Of a DNA stretch of 64,000 nucleotides, positions 1 to 12,061 are shown in pieces (the first letter of the stretch is position 1; the number at the start of each line of letters is the position of its first letter). Source of the stretch: Amoebidium appalachense (Eukaryota > Protista > Ichthyosporea); NCBI GenBank assembly GCA_963693365.1, contig CAVNZM010000009.1:9506046-9570045 (forward strand), given 5' to 3'. The position numbers and the translations under genes were made by a program. The notes beneath the pieces were generated by a model. It was not told the DNA's origin and ran no database searches. It saw only the letters and a program-made list of their open reading frames with translations.

Positions 1-403
1 AATAAGGCAGCTTGTGGGGTTGTCTCCCGCATGTGCCCATTGGTGGGGTATGCACGTGCTAAATTGTTACAGTGTCATCATATTGCAAGGGAATAACATG
101 GTCACCTCCGTACCAGGGCCTAGTAGGTACACATGATGGTCCGATGTGTTAGTCAACAACACCTTGCATTCGTATTCGTATTCGTCTTCCACGTCACTTT
201 CTTCAGTAGTGAAGGAGGGTATTCGTAATTCGAAACTGAAAGGCTTCCAGCCAAAATACTGACACTGTATGCTGGGGTTGTGAGGGAACGGTGCCCATAC
301 CACATTCTTTTGTTTTCTTTATACTGGTGGGGGTGTGCCGGCAGCAATTTTAATTTGCATGCAGGTATTCCAGGCTTTACAGCATAGTTCGTATGTTATA
401 GTA

Positions 404-1049
404 TCTATGAAAACTACTCCGGGACGTGTGTTGCCTCTAGGGGGACATCCCCTTGGACGAAAGTGAACCTGCAATGGTTGTAAACCACGGCAAGCCCCCA
501 GTCATCAATTTATTGATCCGTGAGGTCCTTGTGCCCAAAAAATGGGGGAAGTCTTCGCCCCGTGAAAAAACAGCACGTATGTGGGGATCAATGGGGGTTG
601 AGTGTAGGGTGTAGGTGGGTGGGTGAAAAAGAAAATATAGCTGTAAAGCTGTAGGTGCTAAACACAGAGGATGTGTTGTTGCTTGCTGATCTGCTAAAGA
701 CTGTCGTGCTTATATACCTAAGGCTGCCGAACTGAGCCAATCAAAACCGATCTAGTGTTATGTGAAATCTTATCCTGAGCCAATCAAACTCGGTCTAGTG
801 ATCTGTGGAATCTGATGTTTTGATCGGCTAATAGGTGCCCGTATGCGGGCAGCCGAACGCGAACTGCTAAAACATGAAACGAAGCCTGTTGATATCGGAC
901 ACCCATCCTACGTGTTTACCCAGAAAAATATTTATGTCAATAATTTCCACAAATAAAACCTCTATGAAAACTACTCCGGGACGTGTGTTGCCTCTAGGGG
1001 GACATCCCCTTGGACGAAAGTGAACCTGCAATGGTTGTAAACCACGGCA
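404..1049 (-). repeat. 3' split-repeat block B1-A2-spacer-B2 of the Ngaro element
   Basis: The 89-bp B repeat (tctatgaaaactactcc...aaaccacggca) occurs at 404-492 and 961-1049. The ~336-bp A repeat at 625-960 matches 4042-4378. Confidence 0.92.
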
Positions 1050-1077
1050 CGAGAGCAGTATGCTTGCTCCAAAGGTT

Positions 1078-2108
1078 TCACTTAAGAATAGAGGCGAATA
1101 CACGTGTGGTAGTGGCAGCAATGGAGGCCGGACGAAGTCGGGTATAGAGCAGGAAACAGTCGGAGGACCACCTGCCGAGTTGTTTGATCCGGGAGTCGTC
1201 GACCCCGGCCTCAGCCAGTGCTGTGGCCCCCCCGATGCGGAGGCTGTGTCCGGCAAACCGGGAGGGTGAGAGGCCTGCCCGGGAGAGGAGGGCACGGAAG
1301 TCGGCAGAGAAAGCACTCTTGGTGTAGGGGATGCCACCGAGACTGAAGAGGGGGTCGTGGGGTTGACCGGACGTTGTATCCAGGAACTGCCGGAGGAGAT
1401 GGGCTGGGGAGAAGTGGGTGAGGGGCAGGGCAGCTAGAGTGACGTTGACACCTCGGGCCTGTACATCCGTCTTAGAGGTTGGCAGGTGGAGGGTGGTATG
1501 GGACAAAGTACCGGTGGGGGTGTAGGTGAAGGTCACGTCTTTCCGTTTAACGTGACGGGACGGGTCAAAGGAAGTCAGGGTTTTGGAGGTAAATTCCCCC
1601 GAACGGAGGAGACCACAGAAACCGACGATGAGGGCCGTCCATAGCCGGAGATTGGCCGAGGAGGCCTTGGTGGGGCACTGGCCATGGAGTAGGCTAAGGT
1701 GGGAGGGCAGGAGGGGCTCCCTGGTGGATGATCGGGGTCGGATGTTGTGAGAAAGCTGCCATCTGCCCACCCCTCGGAAGAACCAGGCCAGAGACTTGTC
1801 GTGGGGGTAGGGAGCAGGGAGGCCCATGTCGAGGTGGAGTCTGGTGATGGCTGAATTGTAGCCGGCCAAGGAAGAGGCCTGTACCCCTCGTTGGGCACAC
1901 CAGGCGAGAAAAAGCTGCACGGTGTGGGGGGAGGCCGGGAGGGAGGACCCGGCGGAGGATTGCAGCCGAGATGCCACACAAAATCGATGAACACTTTTTG
2001 TACCCTGGAGTAAAAGGCCCGAGAGTCGAGGTTGAGACTCAGGGCCTGGCATTCCTGCAGGGTAGTGGTGGCACGAAGCAGCTCGGCCGGAGCAAAGTGG
2101 GGGGCCAA
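1078..2108 (-). pseudogene. Tyrosine recombinase of the Ngaro element, probably frameshifted near ~1950
   Basis: Catalytic motifs LLRSGEF, SKTD, GHSLRIGGAT and GRWSS..F..Y lie in ORF 1078-2052. The YR-like N-terminus (ALSLNLDSRAFYSRVQKVFIDF) lies in the overlapping 1575-2108 frame. Confidence 0.85.
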
Positions 2109-2140
2109 TCGGCCAGCGTTGCTCCGGAAGGGGGAGATCT

Positions 2141-2171
<31 letters not shown>

Positions 2172-2845
2172 GAGCCCAGGGGAAGGGATAGGAACTTGTG
2201 GACCCAGAAGGGGAAGGGGCAGGGCTCCGGTTGCAGGTAAGGTCGGAGTCGTCGGGTCCGGGGAAGTTGGTTACGGAGGAGCTGCGCGGCGAATGATTGG
2301 GCTGGGTAGGGGGGCCAGCAGCTCCCGGAGGCGGGAGGTGTCAACGTGGTGCTGGGGCAGCGGGCGGGCCACCGGGGCTGAGCCTCGGGGGAAGGGGTGG
2401 TTAGCAAGGGTGGGGCACCCTCGGTTAGATCCCGGCATCGGGGGGGGGGGGGGGGGGGGGGGGCAGGGCCCCGGGGGGTTAGAGTAGGGCAGCTGGGCCC
2501 GAGGGAGGGTTTGCAGGGAGGGCAGCGGGGCCCTGTGCAGGGGATGCCCGAGCACGCGCGGGTGTGGGCGTACACAGAGTTAGAAGAAGGGAGGGAGCGC
2601 TAGGTGAGTGTAAGGGGGGGGGGGGCTCGTGGGATGGGGGGGGAGTAAATTTATGTGCAGTGGCCAGAATAACGTCTTTGTGTAGGGACATTTATTCTTG
2701 GCGCGCGCGGGCGCCGTAGTTGGCCTGCGAAAAAATGTTACTCAGCCCTAGTGCCCCGTTTTTTCCCGAGCTCCGTGTCCTTGGACCCGTGTAACCTAGC
2801 TCCTAGCCCCTATGTTCTATCTGTGGGTGTGGGTGTGCGCGTAGA

Positions 2846-4006
2846 CTAGGCATTGTGCTTGCAGTCTTTGCGGGGGTGTGTGCCAGAGCAGAGCGGGCAC
2901 ACGTGGGAGAAGGGGCAGGGCTGCTTAGCGCAGGACCGACCGTTGTGAAAATTCCTGCAGTGTGTTGCGGGTAGATCCACGGGTCGGGCCGGTAGTGCCG
3001 GGCAGGGTTGCGGGTCGGGTCGGTTGGGGGTTTGTCCCCCGCCGGGCTTGTGGGGGGGCTCGAAACCATCAAGACCACAGCCGGGCTTGGGGTACATGGG
3101 GCAGGCCGCGCTGGGGTGGTCGGGGAAGCCGCAACGCTGACATGCGTCCGGGATGAGCAGAGTGGGTGGCAGGAGGAGATCCTGGTGGAGTTGGGCGAGC
3201 AGGTTGGGACACTCGATCGGAGCCCGACCCTGTTGGTGGGCAACGGTTCGGGCGTATACGTCATAGTTGTGGATCTGGGCCCACGGGTATCGGGTGCTGA
3301 GGCGAGTGATGTGCTGAGTCCAAAGTACTTCTTTGTCCGTGGGGAGGCCGAGGTGGTGCTTGGCGGCCATGTAATGGGTCCAAGCTTGGATCCAAATGAC
3401 GAGTGAACGCAAGGGAACGGGTTTGTCTTGGCGAAAAGTCTCGATGCTGCCGTCGTCGGCCATGCGCAGATGCTGACCTTTCTTGGATGGGGCCAGGAGG
3501 GCGGCGGGGGTGAACTTATACAGATCGATGAAACGATTGGCACGCAAATCTGCCAGCACATCCGCGGGGGGAAGCGGGAGTGTGCCCGGCTGAATGTCGC
3601 CAGTGTTCTCACCTGTAATGGGGGGCACGGGCAGGGCAGGTAGATCCAGGTCAGGGCCGAGATGCAGCCCCAGGGAAACCTCCCCGGGTGCGGAGGGCGC
3701 GGCGGGGGGCGCGGGAGGGTCGCGGTTGGTGAGAGCGGCCAGGACGCCAGCCATCTGGGTGCTGAGGGCGGTGAGGGCGGCAAGGACGGCGTCCTGAGAA
3801 GTCATCGGCGGGGACGGTGGGGCCTGAGGAGGGACTTCAGGAGTAGAGGGGAGAGTAGCCGGAGGGTCCGTGGTGGTATGGGCCGCTGGAGGCGCGTCAG
3901 TGCCCGCGGGAGCGTTGGTCAGCCTGTGGCGGAGGTCGCTGCGGGTCAGGCGCTTAGGTGCCGCGGTAGGGGCGGCGGCTGAGGCCTGGCGCTTTTTCGG
4001 CGGCAT
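2846..4006 (-). CDS. Gag-like ORF1 of the Ngaro/DIRS element
   Basis: 386 aa with a CCHC knuckle (CQRCGFPDHPSAAC) and a C-terminal CRNFHNGRSCAKQPCPFSHVCPLCSGTHPRKDC finger, typical of DIRS/Ngaro ORF1. Lies directly after repeat A1. Confidence 0.85.
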   Translation of the reverse strand: MPPKKRQASAAAPTAAPKRLTRSDLRHRLTNAPAGTDAPPAAHTTTDPPATLPSTPEVPPQAPPSPPMTSQDAVLAALTALSTQMAGVLAALTNRDPPAPPAAPSAPGEVSLGLHLGPDLDLPALPVPPITGENTGDIQPGTLPLPPADVLADLRANRFIDLYKFTPAALLAPSKKGQHLRMADDGSIETFRQDKPVPLRSLVIWIQAWTHYMAAKHHLGLPTDKEVLWTQHITRLSTRYPWAQIHNYDVYARTVAHQQGRAPIECPNLLAQLHQDLLLPPTLLIPDACQRCGFPDHPSAACPMYPKPGCGLDGFEPPHKPGGGQTPNRPDPQPCPALPARPVDLPATHCRNFHNGRSCAKQPCPFSHVCPLCSGTHPRKDCKHNA

Positions 4007-4041
4007 GCTGACCGGCGTAGGGAAAGATAGGGAGAAGAAAA

Positions 4042-4378
4042 GAAAAAGAAAATATAGCTGTAAAGCTGTAGGTGCTAAACACAGAGGATGTGTTGTTGCT
4101 TGCTGATCTGCTAAAGACTGTCGTGCTTATATATCTAAGGCTGCCGAACTGAGCCAATCAAAACCGATCTAGTGTTATGTGAAATCTTATCCTGAGCCAA
4201 TCAAACTCGGTCTAGTGATCTGTGGAATCTGATGTTTTGATCGGCTAATAGGTGCCCGTATGCGGGCAGCCGAACGCGAACTGCTAAAACATGAAACGAA
4301 GCCTGTTGATATCGGACACCCATCCTACGTGTTTACCCAGAAAAATATTTATGTCAATAATTTCCACAAATAAAACCT
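4042..4378 (-). repeat. 5' terminal repeat A1 of the Ngaro element
   Basis: Near-identical to 625-960 and, inverted, to 18434-18770 and ~19535-19871. Confidence 0.92.
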
Positions 4379-6005
4379 TTGTACAGTATTGCCACACACT
4401 GGCAGTTACCTGTAAATTCGTACCCCACAGCTTCGTTTGTTTCGCATGCACGAACAAAAGTTCTGCATCGACTTTATTACATGCCTTCTGTGCACCAAGA
4501 GTGCAAATTCGTTGTTGCATGGCACCAGGAAGGGCCATACATGAGCCATATGTTCGTAATGTGTTTAGGCATGCCAGCATACATTCATGCGCATGTTGTG
4601 CATCCTGTGCGCTAAACTATGGGGCATGCTGTATTCGACAACAGCAAGAAATTCGAAGCATGCATGCAAAACTACTTTCACAGCACCTTATGTCCTACAT
4701 GCTATAGGAACAGCGACTATCTTCTTCCTTAAATGCATTCGTGCTGAAAGTGGCCGTGCATCTGGGTTGCGAGTGTGGACGTGCACGTGGTGGCATGGAC
4801 ACGATGACAGTGTGCAATAGCGCAATGCACGCAAGGGCAACGGTTTTCTTTTCTTCGTAACATAGAGGGGGCCGTGTGCATTGCAACCTAAGCAGTGTTG
4901 TGCATTCGTTCTTTTCATTTTCGTGTTTCCATTTCATTTTGCTTTCGTTTTTCGTTTTTCGTCGTTTCATAACTTTGTTAAGGCTTCGTTTTATTTTCGT
5001 GTTGCGTTTATTTCGTATTTCCTCTAGGCATTCGTTGGTCGTTAATTCGTTATTTCGTTGTGTATTCGTGATGGTTCGTTTTTCGTTGGTTCATTGCTTC
5101 GTTAGTAATTCTTTAATCGTTTGTTCGTGTATTCGTTTTTCTTCGCGTTTTTTATGTGTCGTAGTATAAGGTGGTTTTCATGCTTTCAATTCTTTCCGTG
5201 TTCTTAGAGGTGGGCTGGCCACTTCAAACTTGTCGATGTGTATGTATTCTAAGCCTGACAAAGAAAGATGTGCCTATCATCGTGGTAAAAAGGATTGAGA
5301 TCGGCCATGGCAGATTCTTGGGGTAATTGAAAGATGTGAGATTCTTGAACTGATTGAAAGATGTGAGATTCGAAGGATGCGAGATTCTTGAACTGCGCTG
5401 TCGCCAATGTAAACAGTTGGACTAGTTAGGATAAGGCAGAGTACAACTGAATCAAAATAAAGACAGAGAACGGGTAGAAAGGCACACGCGGCCAGGTTGC
5501 TTTTACTATGGGCCGACTCAGTCTGTCTCAGACTTCACTGATGTGATCCCCGTACTGGGACGGCTTTGTTATATAGCCCCCGGGTTTCGGATCAAGGCCC
5601 AGGATTGGTTCATCCGCGGCCAGCGCGGGTGGCAACATGCCATTCGTGATTCTGGTGCGGTCCGAGCCAGTCAGACCTTTGTCCTATTTATGCAAACCTC
5701 TTATTGGTTCACTTCGTTTATGTGGTATGCAGCGGAAGAACCATATATGGTTCAATTCTTAGGTCAGAGTGAGTCCTATTGGTGCGGACATAATATTTAT
5801 GTGATATTCATGACAAAGCACGAATCGTGTGCTAGTAGATCACATTCTTTAGTAAACATGTACAGTTCATGTGTACAGTTGTTTACATAAATGCCGGCTA
5901 TAACATGGCTTTACAGAACTCTCAGGCCTTGGTTTCCATAGCTAGGGCCGCTTGGGTGTCTGAAGAGTTTGGTGGGACTGTGGTTTTTGACGGGTTTGAG
6001 GTTCC

Positions 6006-6147
6006 CACATCACTCGCCTCAGCACCCGATACCCGTGGGCCCAGATCCACAACTATGACGTATACGCCCGAACCGTTGCCCACCAGCAGGGTCGGGCTCC
6101 GATCGAGTGTCCCAACCTGCTCGCCCAACTCCACCAGGATCTCCTCC
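6006..6147 (+). mobile_element. Isolated ~142-bp fragment of the Ngaro gag
   Basis: Near-exact reverse complement of ~3172-3313. Confidence 0.9.
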
Positions 6148-6164
6148 ATGCCCACCAACACAGA

Positions 6165-6588
6165 TGTTCCAGGTTGCCCCTGTCAATGCCGCCGACCCCG
6201 ACAAGTTGGCAGACCAGGTTAGGTACCGCAAGAAGACGTGGGAGGGGTGGTTGGTGGAGGTTCAAGTTGAGTGCAACAACCATCCCTGTGGCCGCATGTA
6301 CAGCCTCGATCCGGTGAGGGGCAACCCATGGGGCAACCCCGCCCTTCACCGCATCATGTGCATGTCCCCCATCAACGGCTCCTACATCAAGAACCGCCTC
6401 AGCAGCTTCAAGACACTAAACGTTTGTGCCCATCCCTCCCCCCCCCCCCCCCCACACACACACACACACACACACCACACCCCAATCAAAGACGAAATCT
6501 TCTCATGCTGCTTTTTTTAACATGCTTATTCATGTTTAATGTTGTTGTTCTTCCTTATTGGTTCATTCTTAATGCACTGTGACCCCCC

Positions 6589-6619
<31 letters not shown>

Positions 6620-9600
6620 ACTCACTCCCACTCCCTCCCTCCCACCTCCCCCTGTTTTCCCACGTACGAATCACCAACACATAACCACACAAGACATCAA
6701 ATCCTTATCACTCAGAGAAACGGTACATGCATGGTTATCCAGTATCCATTCAGCTTCCCACTTCAGTTCCTCAAGTCATTTCAGATTTTTCATTGTCGAA
6801 TTCGGTTTTATTTGCTGCCAATGGAGAATACCCCTTTTCCTCATCACCACATACACACATGCTTACGTGTACATACACGCAACACACACACAAACACCCA
6901 CACAGGAGTTTCAAAAGGCGTTGCCCGAGCTCTTCAGCTTCATGCTCCACACATTTGAGTGCGGACGCGGGATCCAATGGCCCACAAGTCTGCCACTCAG
7001 ATTTCGTGGTCAGCTGTGAAGTATGGAGCTGACATGCCTGACTACGAGGGTGGTGCTCGGCCATCAGAGATCAGCAAGGTAAACAACTACCCCCCCCCCC
7101 CCCCCCTGCGTCCTCCCTGAGGATGGGCTCTGCTTATGACGCATACTGTGCACATGGCTGATGTTGCGTGCTTGAATGTTTGCCTTTGCATGTGTCCTGC
7201 ACCATGCTTCTCATCGTGTATGCGTATTTCGTACCGTGTTCTGCATTCAAACCCCCCCCCCCCCCCCATCATTGTGTTTTAGCTCCCGTCCGAAAGACAA
7301 CGTATGGATATCGAAATGATGATCTTGATAAGTCTTATGTATGGGTTACGTATCATCGTAGTGTTTTAGGATATCTCCTAAGCATGGGCAAGTATCATCC
7401 TATCATGTCATCTTTAGGTTTGGTATGGTAACATTGTGATAGCATTTTTCCCAGGTACATACATGCTCAGGCTAGCCAGAAAAGTTAAAAACACTCACAC
7501 AATCTCCTTCTGTCCCAACCCAGTATGCAAAGACCTGGGAAAAGATCTGCAAGGTCCGGGAGAAGGCAGTCCTCAGCCTGTCAGCTGATGAGCAAGACGA
7601 GAATGTTAAATTGTATAAGTATTTAGGATGTAAGCAGAGACACAGTGGTGCAGTGTGAAAACACCACAGACACACACAACAACAAAACACGGAACGATCG
7701 GAGCAGTGTACACAACAGACATCAATGTTTAGACACGACTGAACTGAATTTATTCTGATCTTCGAATAAATACCTGAAATTCCTCTAAGTCCAATCCATA
7801 CATGATTTCCGACCAGTCGGAAATCAGATCTATCTCTAATAGAAACCAATCACTAAGAACCAATTGCTTTCAGAGAGATCCGGTACGCGGAGGCGTACAC
7901 GATAGGACACAGACACTAGTTAAGATCAACTCGTGTCATCATCAAGGAAGTTCTAACCTATGACATACTGCAAAGACTCAGACATATCACACTTAACCTT
8001 GATGATTGGTTAAAGCCCGGCAACACATGAAAACTAAAGTGAATTAATGAAGTCTAAACACACATGCTATTCTAAGTGTAGCCTAAGTGTGTTACCGTCC
8101 AATGAACACGTATTAAGTAACACAAATCTACCTAACATATATTAGTAGAAAAGAAATACGATTATACACATGAAGACAAGGAGAGAAAGAAAAGAAAATA
8201 AGGAAGGAGAAAGAGGAAGGAAAAGAGAGCACAGATCAACAAACAAGATAGTAATAGCATAACTATAACCAGAGATATTTATGTACACACGAACATGTAC
8301 ACGTCTCTCCCTGAGTGGGTGGATCCGTGTACACACATATAAATATTCTAATCGATATTACAATACACGATTAAAGCCGATACAACACGATTACAAGTAT
8401 ACAAGCATATCGGAGATCGATGCTACACTTTACATAATAGGAGTGTGGCATTTACACTAAGCATATGAACTGAAACATAACACAAACTGAGAAGATCTTA
8501 CCATATGTAAATACTACGTATTACAACATCCCCACTTAAGACTTTGAAGTTTGTGTTATCATATCCCCACTGAACTAGTGAAATCTCCCCACTTGAGAAC
8601 AGAAACGAAAAAAAAAATAAAAGTGTGTACTTTTCCGGGGGGGGGGGGGGGGGGGGGGGGGGGAAGGGGGGGGGGGAGAAGGGGATGGGGGGTATCGAGG
8701 ACGCAAACGGTAGACAGGACAACGGGGGTCACGGCATTTGGATGCAGTGTGTCGAGGGTAGCCACACGTGGTAGGGCGACCGGTGGAGGGATTGATGACC
8801 AAGGAGGAGTAGACTTGTCGTAGTTTGGAATTCGCTGAGGGGGGCGTCGAGGGTGCTTGCTGCTCGGGGTGACTGGGAAAGGCCGAACAGGGAGGGGGGT
8901 AGGTCTTCACGGAATTTGGGTTGGGATGAGGCACGACGGAGGCAGGGTCAAGTGCAGGTAATTCCGGACGGAGGAGGTTAACTGGGGCGGATGCAGGGGC
9001 TTTGGAAACGGGGGAAGGCAGCACAGCAAGCTGGCTGGAAACGTGGATGGGAACGACTGGACCTGGCAGCATGTCTTGCTGGCCGGGGTCGGGTGGTAAT
9101 GGGGGGGAAACAGCTGCAGGGGTAACTGTTGCCCGTGCAGAGCTGGTGGTAGCTGGGATCTCGACGAGGTTGGCCACGTGATGGGGGGAAACTGCTGCCG
9201 GAATGCAGGGCAGATCAATGGAATGTGAGGGGGCCATTGACAGTGACGGCACGGTAAGGGGAGACATGGCCGAAAACAGGGTTGGAAATCCTGGAAGGAA
9301 GCAGGTTGGACACGGTAAACGGTTCTGGAGGGACTCAGGGTCGGGACTCCTAGGGAGGAGGGAAGCACAAAGGGCTTGGACGGGGTGGAACACGGTAGAC
9401 TGGAAAGAAGTACCGAATTTGGATACTTCAGATGGACTTGATGGATGATGGTCAAGTCGGATCGAGACGGGGTGTCAAATTATCGTCGATTGGAACGCAG
9501 ACGGGGTGTGAAATTATATTCGAATGCGGGTCGACGGGGTTCGAAATCGGATGGAATGGGATTTCGATGCAGGATCCTCAGGCCTGGGTAGACAGGGCGG

Positions 9601-11359
9601 CGCGGTTGAGACCACGTCGGTGAAGTGTCAAGGAACTTGGAGCGCGATTGCAGAACCAAGGGTGGAGGACGGTTTGGCGTGACGGAGAGAAACCAGGACG
9701 GAGCTGGAAGGAGTGCAAGCTGGAATTTGAACTTGCGAGGATGTCACGGGTGTCAAGGCGTGGCAAAAGCTCTTGTCAAGATGAGTCAGATCTTGTCAAG
9801 AGGAGTCACGTGGGACCGGTTACGGACGGACGCCGGGGATGGATGTACACAGCCTCAGCACCAAGATGCATGAGGAGCTGACCACAGCTATGATGTGTAC
9901 CAGAAATTTAACGATCGCTAGGTCTAGGTGTGTGTAGGGAGCGTGCAAAAGGGCTGCATAACCTGTTAAATTGTATAAGTATTTAGGATGTAAGCAGAGA
10001 CACAGTGGTGCAGTGTGAAAACACCACAGACACACACAACAACAAAACACGGAACGATCGGAGCAGTGTACACAACAGACATCAATGTTTAGACACGACT
10101 GAACTGAATTTATTCTGATCTTCGAATAAATACCTGAAATTCCTCTAAGTCCAATCCATACATGATTTCCGACCAGTCGGAAATCAGATCCATCTCTAAT
10201 AGAAACCAATCACTAAGAACCAATTGCTTTCAGAGAGATCCGGTACGCGGAGGCGTACACGATAGGACACAGACACTAGTTAAGATCAACTCGTGTCATC
10301 ATCAAGGAAGTTCTAACCTATGACATACTGCAAAGACTCAGACATATCACACTTAACCTTGATGATTGGTTAAAGCCCGGCAACACATGAAAACTAAAGT
10401 GAATTAATGAAGTCTAAACACACATGCTATTCTAAGTGTAGCCTAAGTGTGTTACCGTCCAATGAACACGTATTAAGTAACACAAATCTACCTAACATAT
10501 ATTAGTAGAAAAGAAATACGATTATACACATGAAGACAAGGAGAGAAAGAAAAGAAAATAAGGAAGGAGAAAGAGGAAGGAAAAGAGAGCACAGATCAAC
10601 AAACAAGATAGTAATAGCATAACTATAACCAGAGATATTTATGTACACACGAACATGTACACGTCTCTCCCTGAGTGGGTGGATCCGTGTACACACATAT
10701 AAATATTCTAATCGATATTACAATACACGATTAAAGCCGATACAACACGATTACAAGTATACAAGCATATCGGAGATCGATGCTACACTTTACATAATAG
10801 GAGTGTGGCATTTACACTAAGCATATGAACTGAAACATAACACAAACTGAGAAGATCTTACCATATGTAAATACTACGTATTACAACAGAGAAGGGGGAC
10901 GACAAGCCCTCCACGAAGCAGTCCACGGCAAAAGACGACACCGGCGAGGTTTCTGATGACACTGGCATGGCGGCTGACGAGATGGAGAATTCTGGCTCCA
11001 AAAAGCGGCCCAAGTCAGACGACGACTTGTCGGATGCCAGTGCCGGGCGCCCCATGAAGAAGGGTAAAAAGGCCCAGGGCGTGGCGTCTAGCGTGGTGGG
11101 TGGTGATGTGCATGGGTCACCTGTGCCTCGTGATAGAGCGGGTGGTTCTGATGAGCAGGAGGGTGTTGCGCAAGCGGGGGGAGATGACAAGTATTGGGAG
11201 GAGTTGGCCAAGATTAGTGGAGGTAAAGAGGTGGCGGATGGCGATGTTAGTAGTGGCGGGGGGAAACGTGCGAGGGAAGTGAGTGATGAGAGTGGGGATG
11301 AGAAGGGTGGGGTTAAAAAGCAGAAAGGCGATGTGGGTGGGAGGGTTGAGGATGATTAG
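6165..11359 (+). pseudogene. Decayed spliced gene of unknown function, last exon split by an LTR element
   Basis: Exon-like blocks at ~6165-6421, ~6906-7078 (apparent frameshift) and ~7523-7603. The frame YAKTWEKICKVREKAVLSLSADEQDE|KGDDKPSTKQ...MAADEMENSG rejoins across the insertion once one TSD copy is removed. Confidence 0.55.
7604..10888 (-). mobile_element. Non-autonomous LTR retroelement (LARD/TRIM-like) sharing LTRs with the adjacent Copia
   Basis: Two near-identical 925-bp TG...CA LTRs (7604-8528, 9964-10888). 5-bp TSD GAGAA at 7599-7603 and 10889-10893. Copia-like PBS GGTTATGCAGCCC and PPT AAGTGGGGA. The 1.4-kb interior has no gag/pol motifs. Confidence 0.92.
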
Positions 11360-12061
11360 AATGAGGAGGAATAGGGAAAGACCCCCCCCCCCCCCCTTGT
11401 TGTAATACGTAGTATTTACATATGGTAAGATCTTCTCAGTTTGTGTTATGTTTCAGTTCATATGCTTAGTGTATATGCCACACTCCTATTATGTAAAGTG
11501 TAGCATCGATCTCCGATATGCTTGTATACTTGTAATCGTGTTGTATCGGCTTTAATCGTGTGTTGTAATATCGATTAGAATATTTATATGTGTGTACACG
11601 GATCCACCCACTCAGGGAGAGACGTGTACATGTTCGTGTGTACATAAATATCTCTGGTTATAGTTATGCTATTACTATCTTGTTTGTTGATCTGTGCTCT
11701 CTTTTCCTTCCTCTTTCTCCTTCCTTATTTTCTTTTCTTTATCTCCTTGTCTTCATGTGTATAATCGTATTTCTTTTCTACTAATATATGTTAGGTAGAT
11801 TTGTGTTACTTAATACGTGTTCATTGGACGGTAACACAATTAGGCCGGGCTTTAACCAATCATCAAGGTTAAGTGTGATATGTCTGAGTCTTTGCAGTAT
11901 GTCATAGGTTAGAACTTCCTTGATGATGACACGAGTTGATCTTAACTAGTGTCTGTGTCCTATCGTGTACGTCTCCGCGTACCGGATCTCTCTGAAAGCA
12001 ATTGGTTCTTAGTGATTGGTTTCTATTAGAGATAGATCTGATTTCCGACTGTTTTTCAATC

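Larger units (their letters stand above)
404..4378 (-). mobile_element. Ngaro/PAT-type (DIRS order) tyrosine-recombinase retroelement, non-autonomous (no RT/RNase H)
   Basis: Split direct repeats in the order A1(4378-4042)-gag-YR-B1(1049-961)-A2(960-625)-spacer-B2(492-404). Carries a gag-like ORF with Zn fingers and a tyrosine recombinase. No RT motif in the ~750 bp between them. Confidence 0.9.

Noticed and set aside
2803-3783. 326-aa ORF overlapping gag as a possible RT
   Set aside because: It has no RT motifs and is a GC-rich alternative frame.
4880-5170. TTCGT-rich hydrophobic ORF
   Set aside because: Low-complexity repeat with no coding evidence.
8142-8336. Repeated 64-aa hydrophobic ORF (also at 10502, 11590, 17100)
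   Set aside because: It lies in a pyrimidine tract of the LTR and recurs only because the LTR does.
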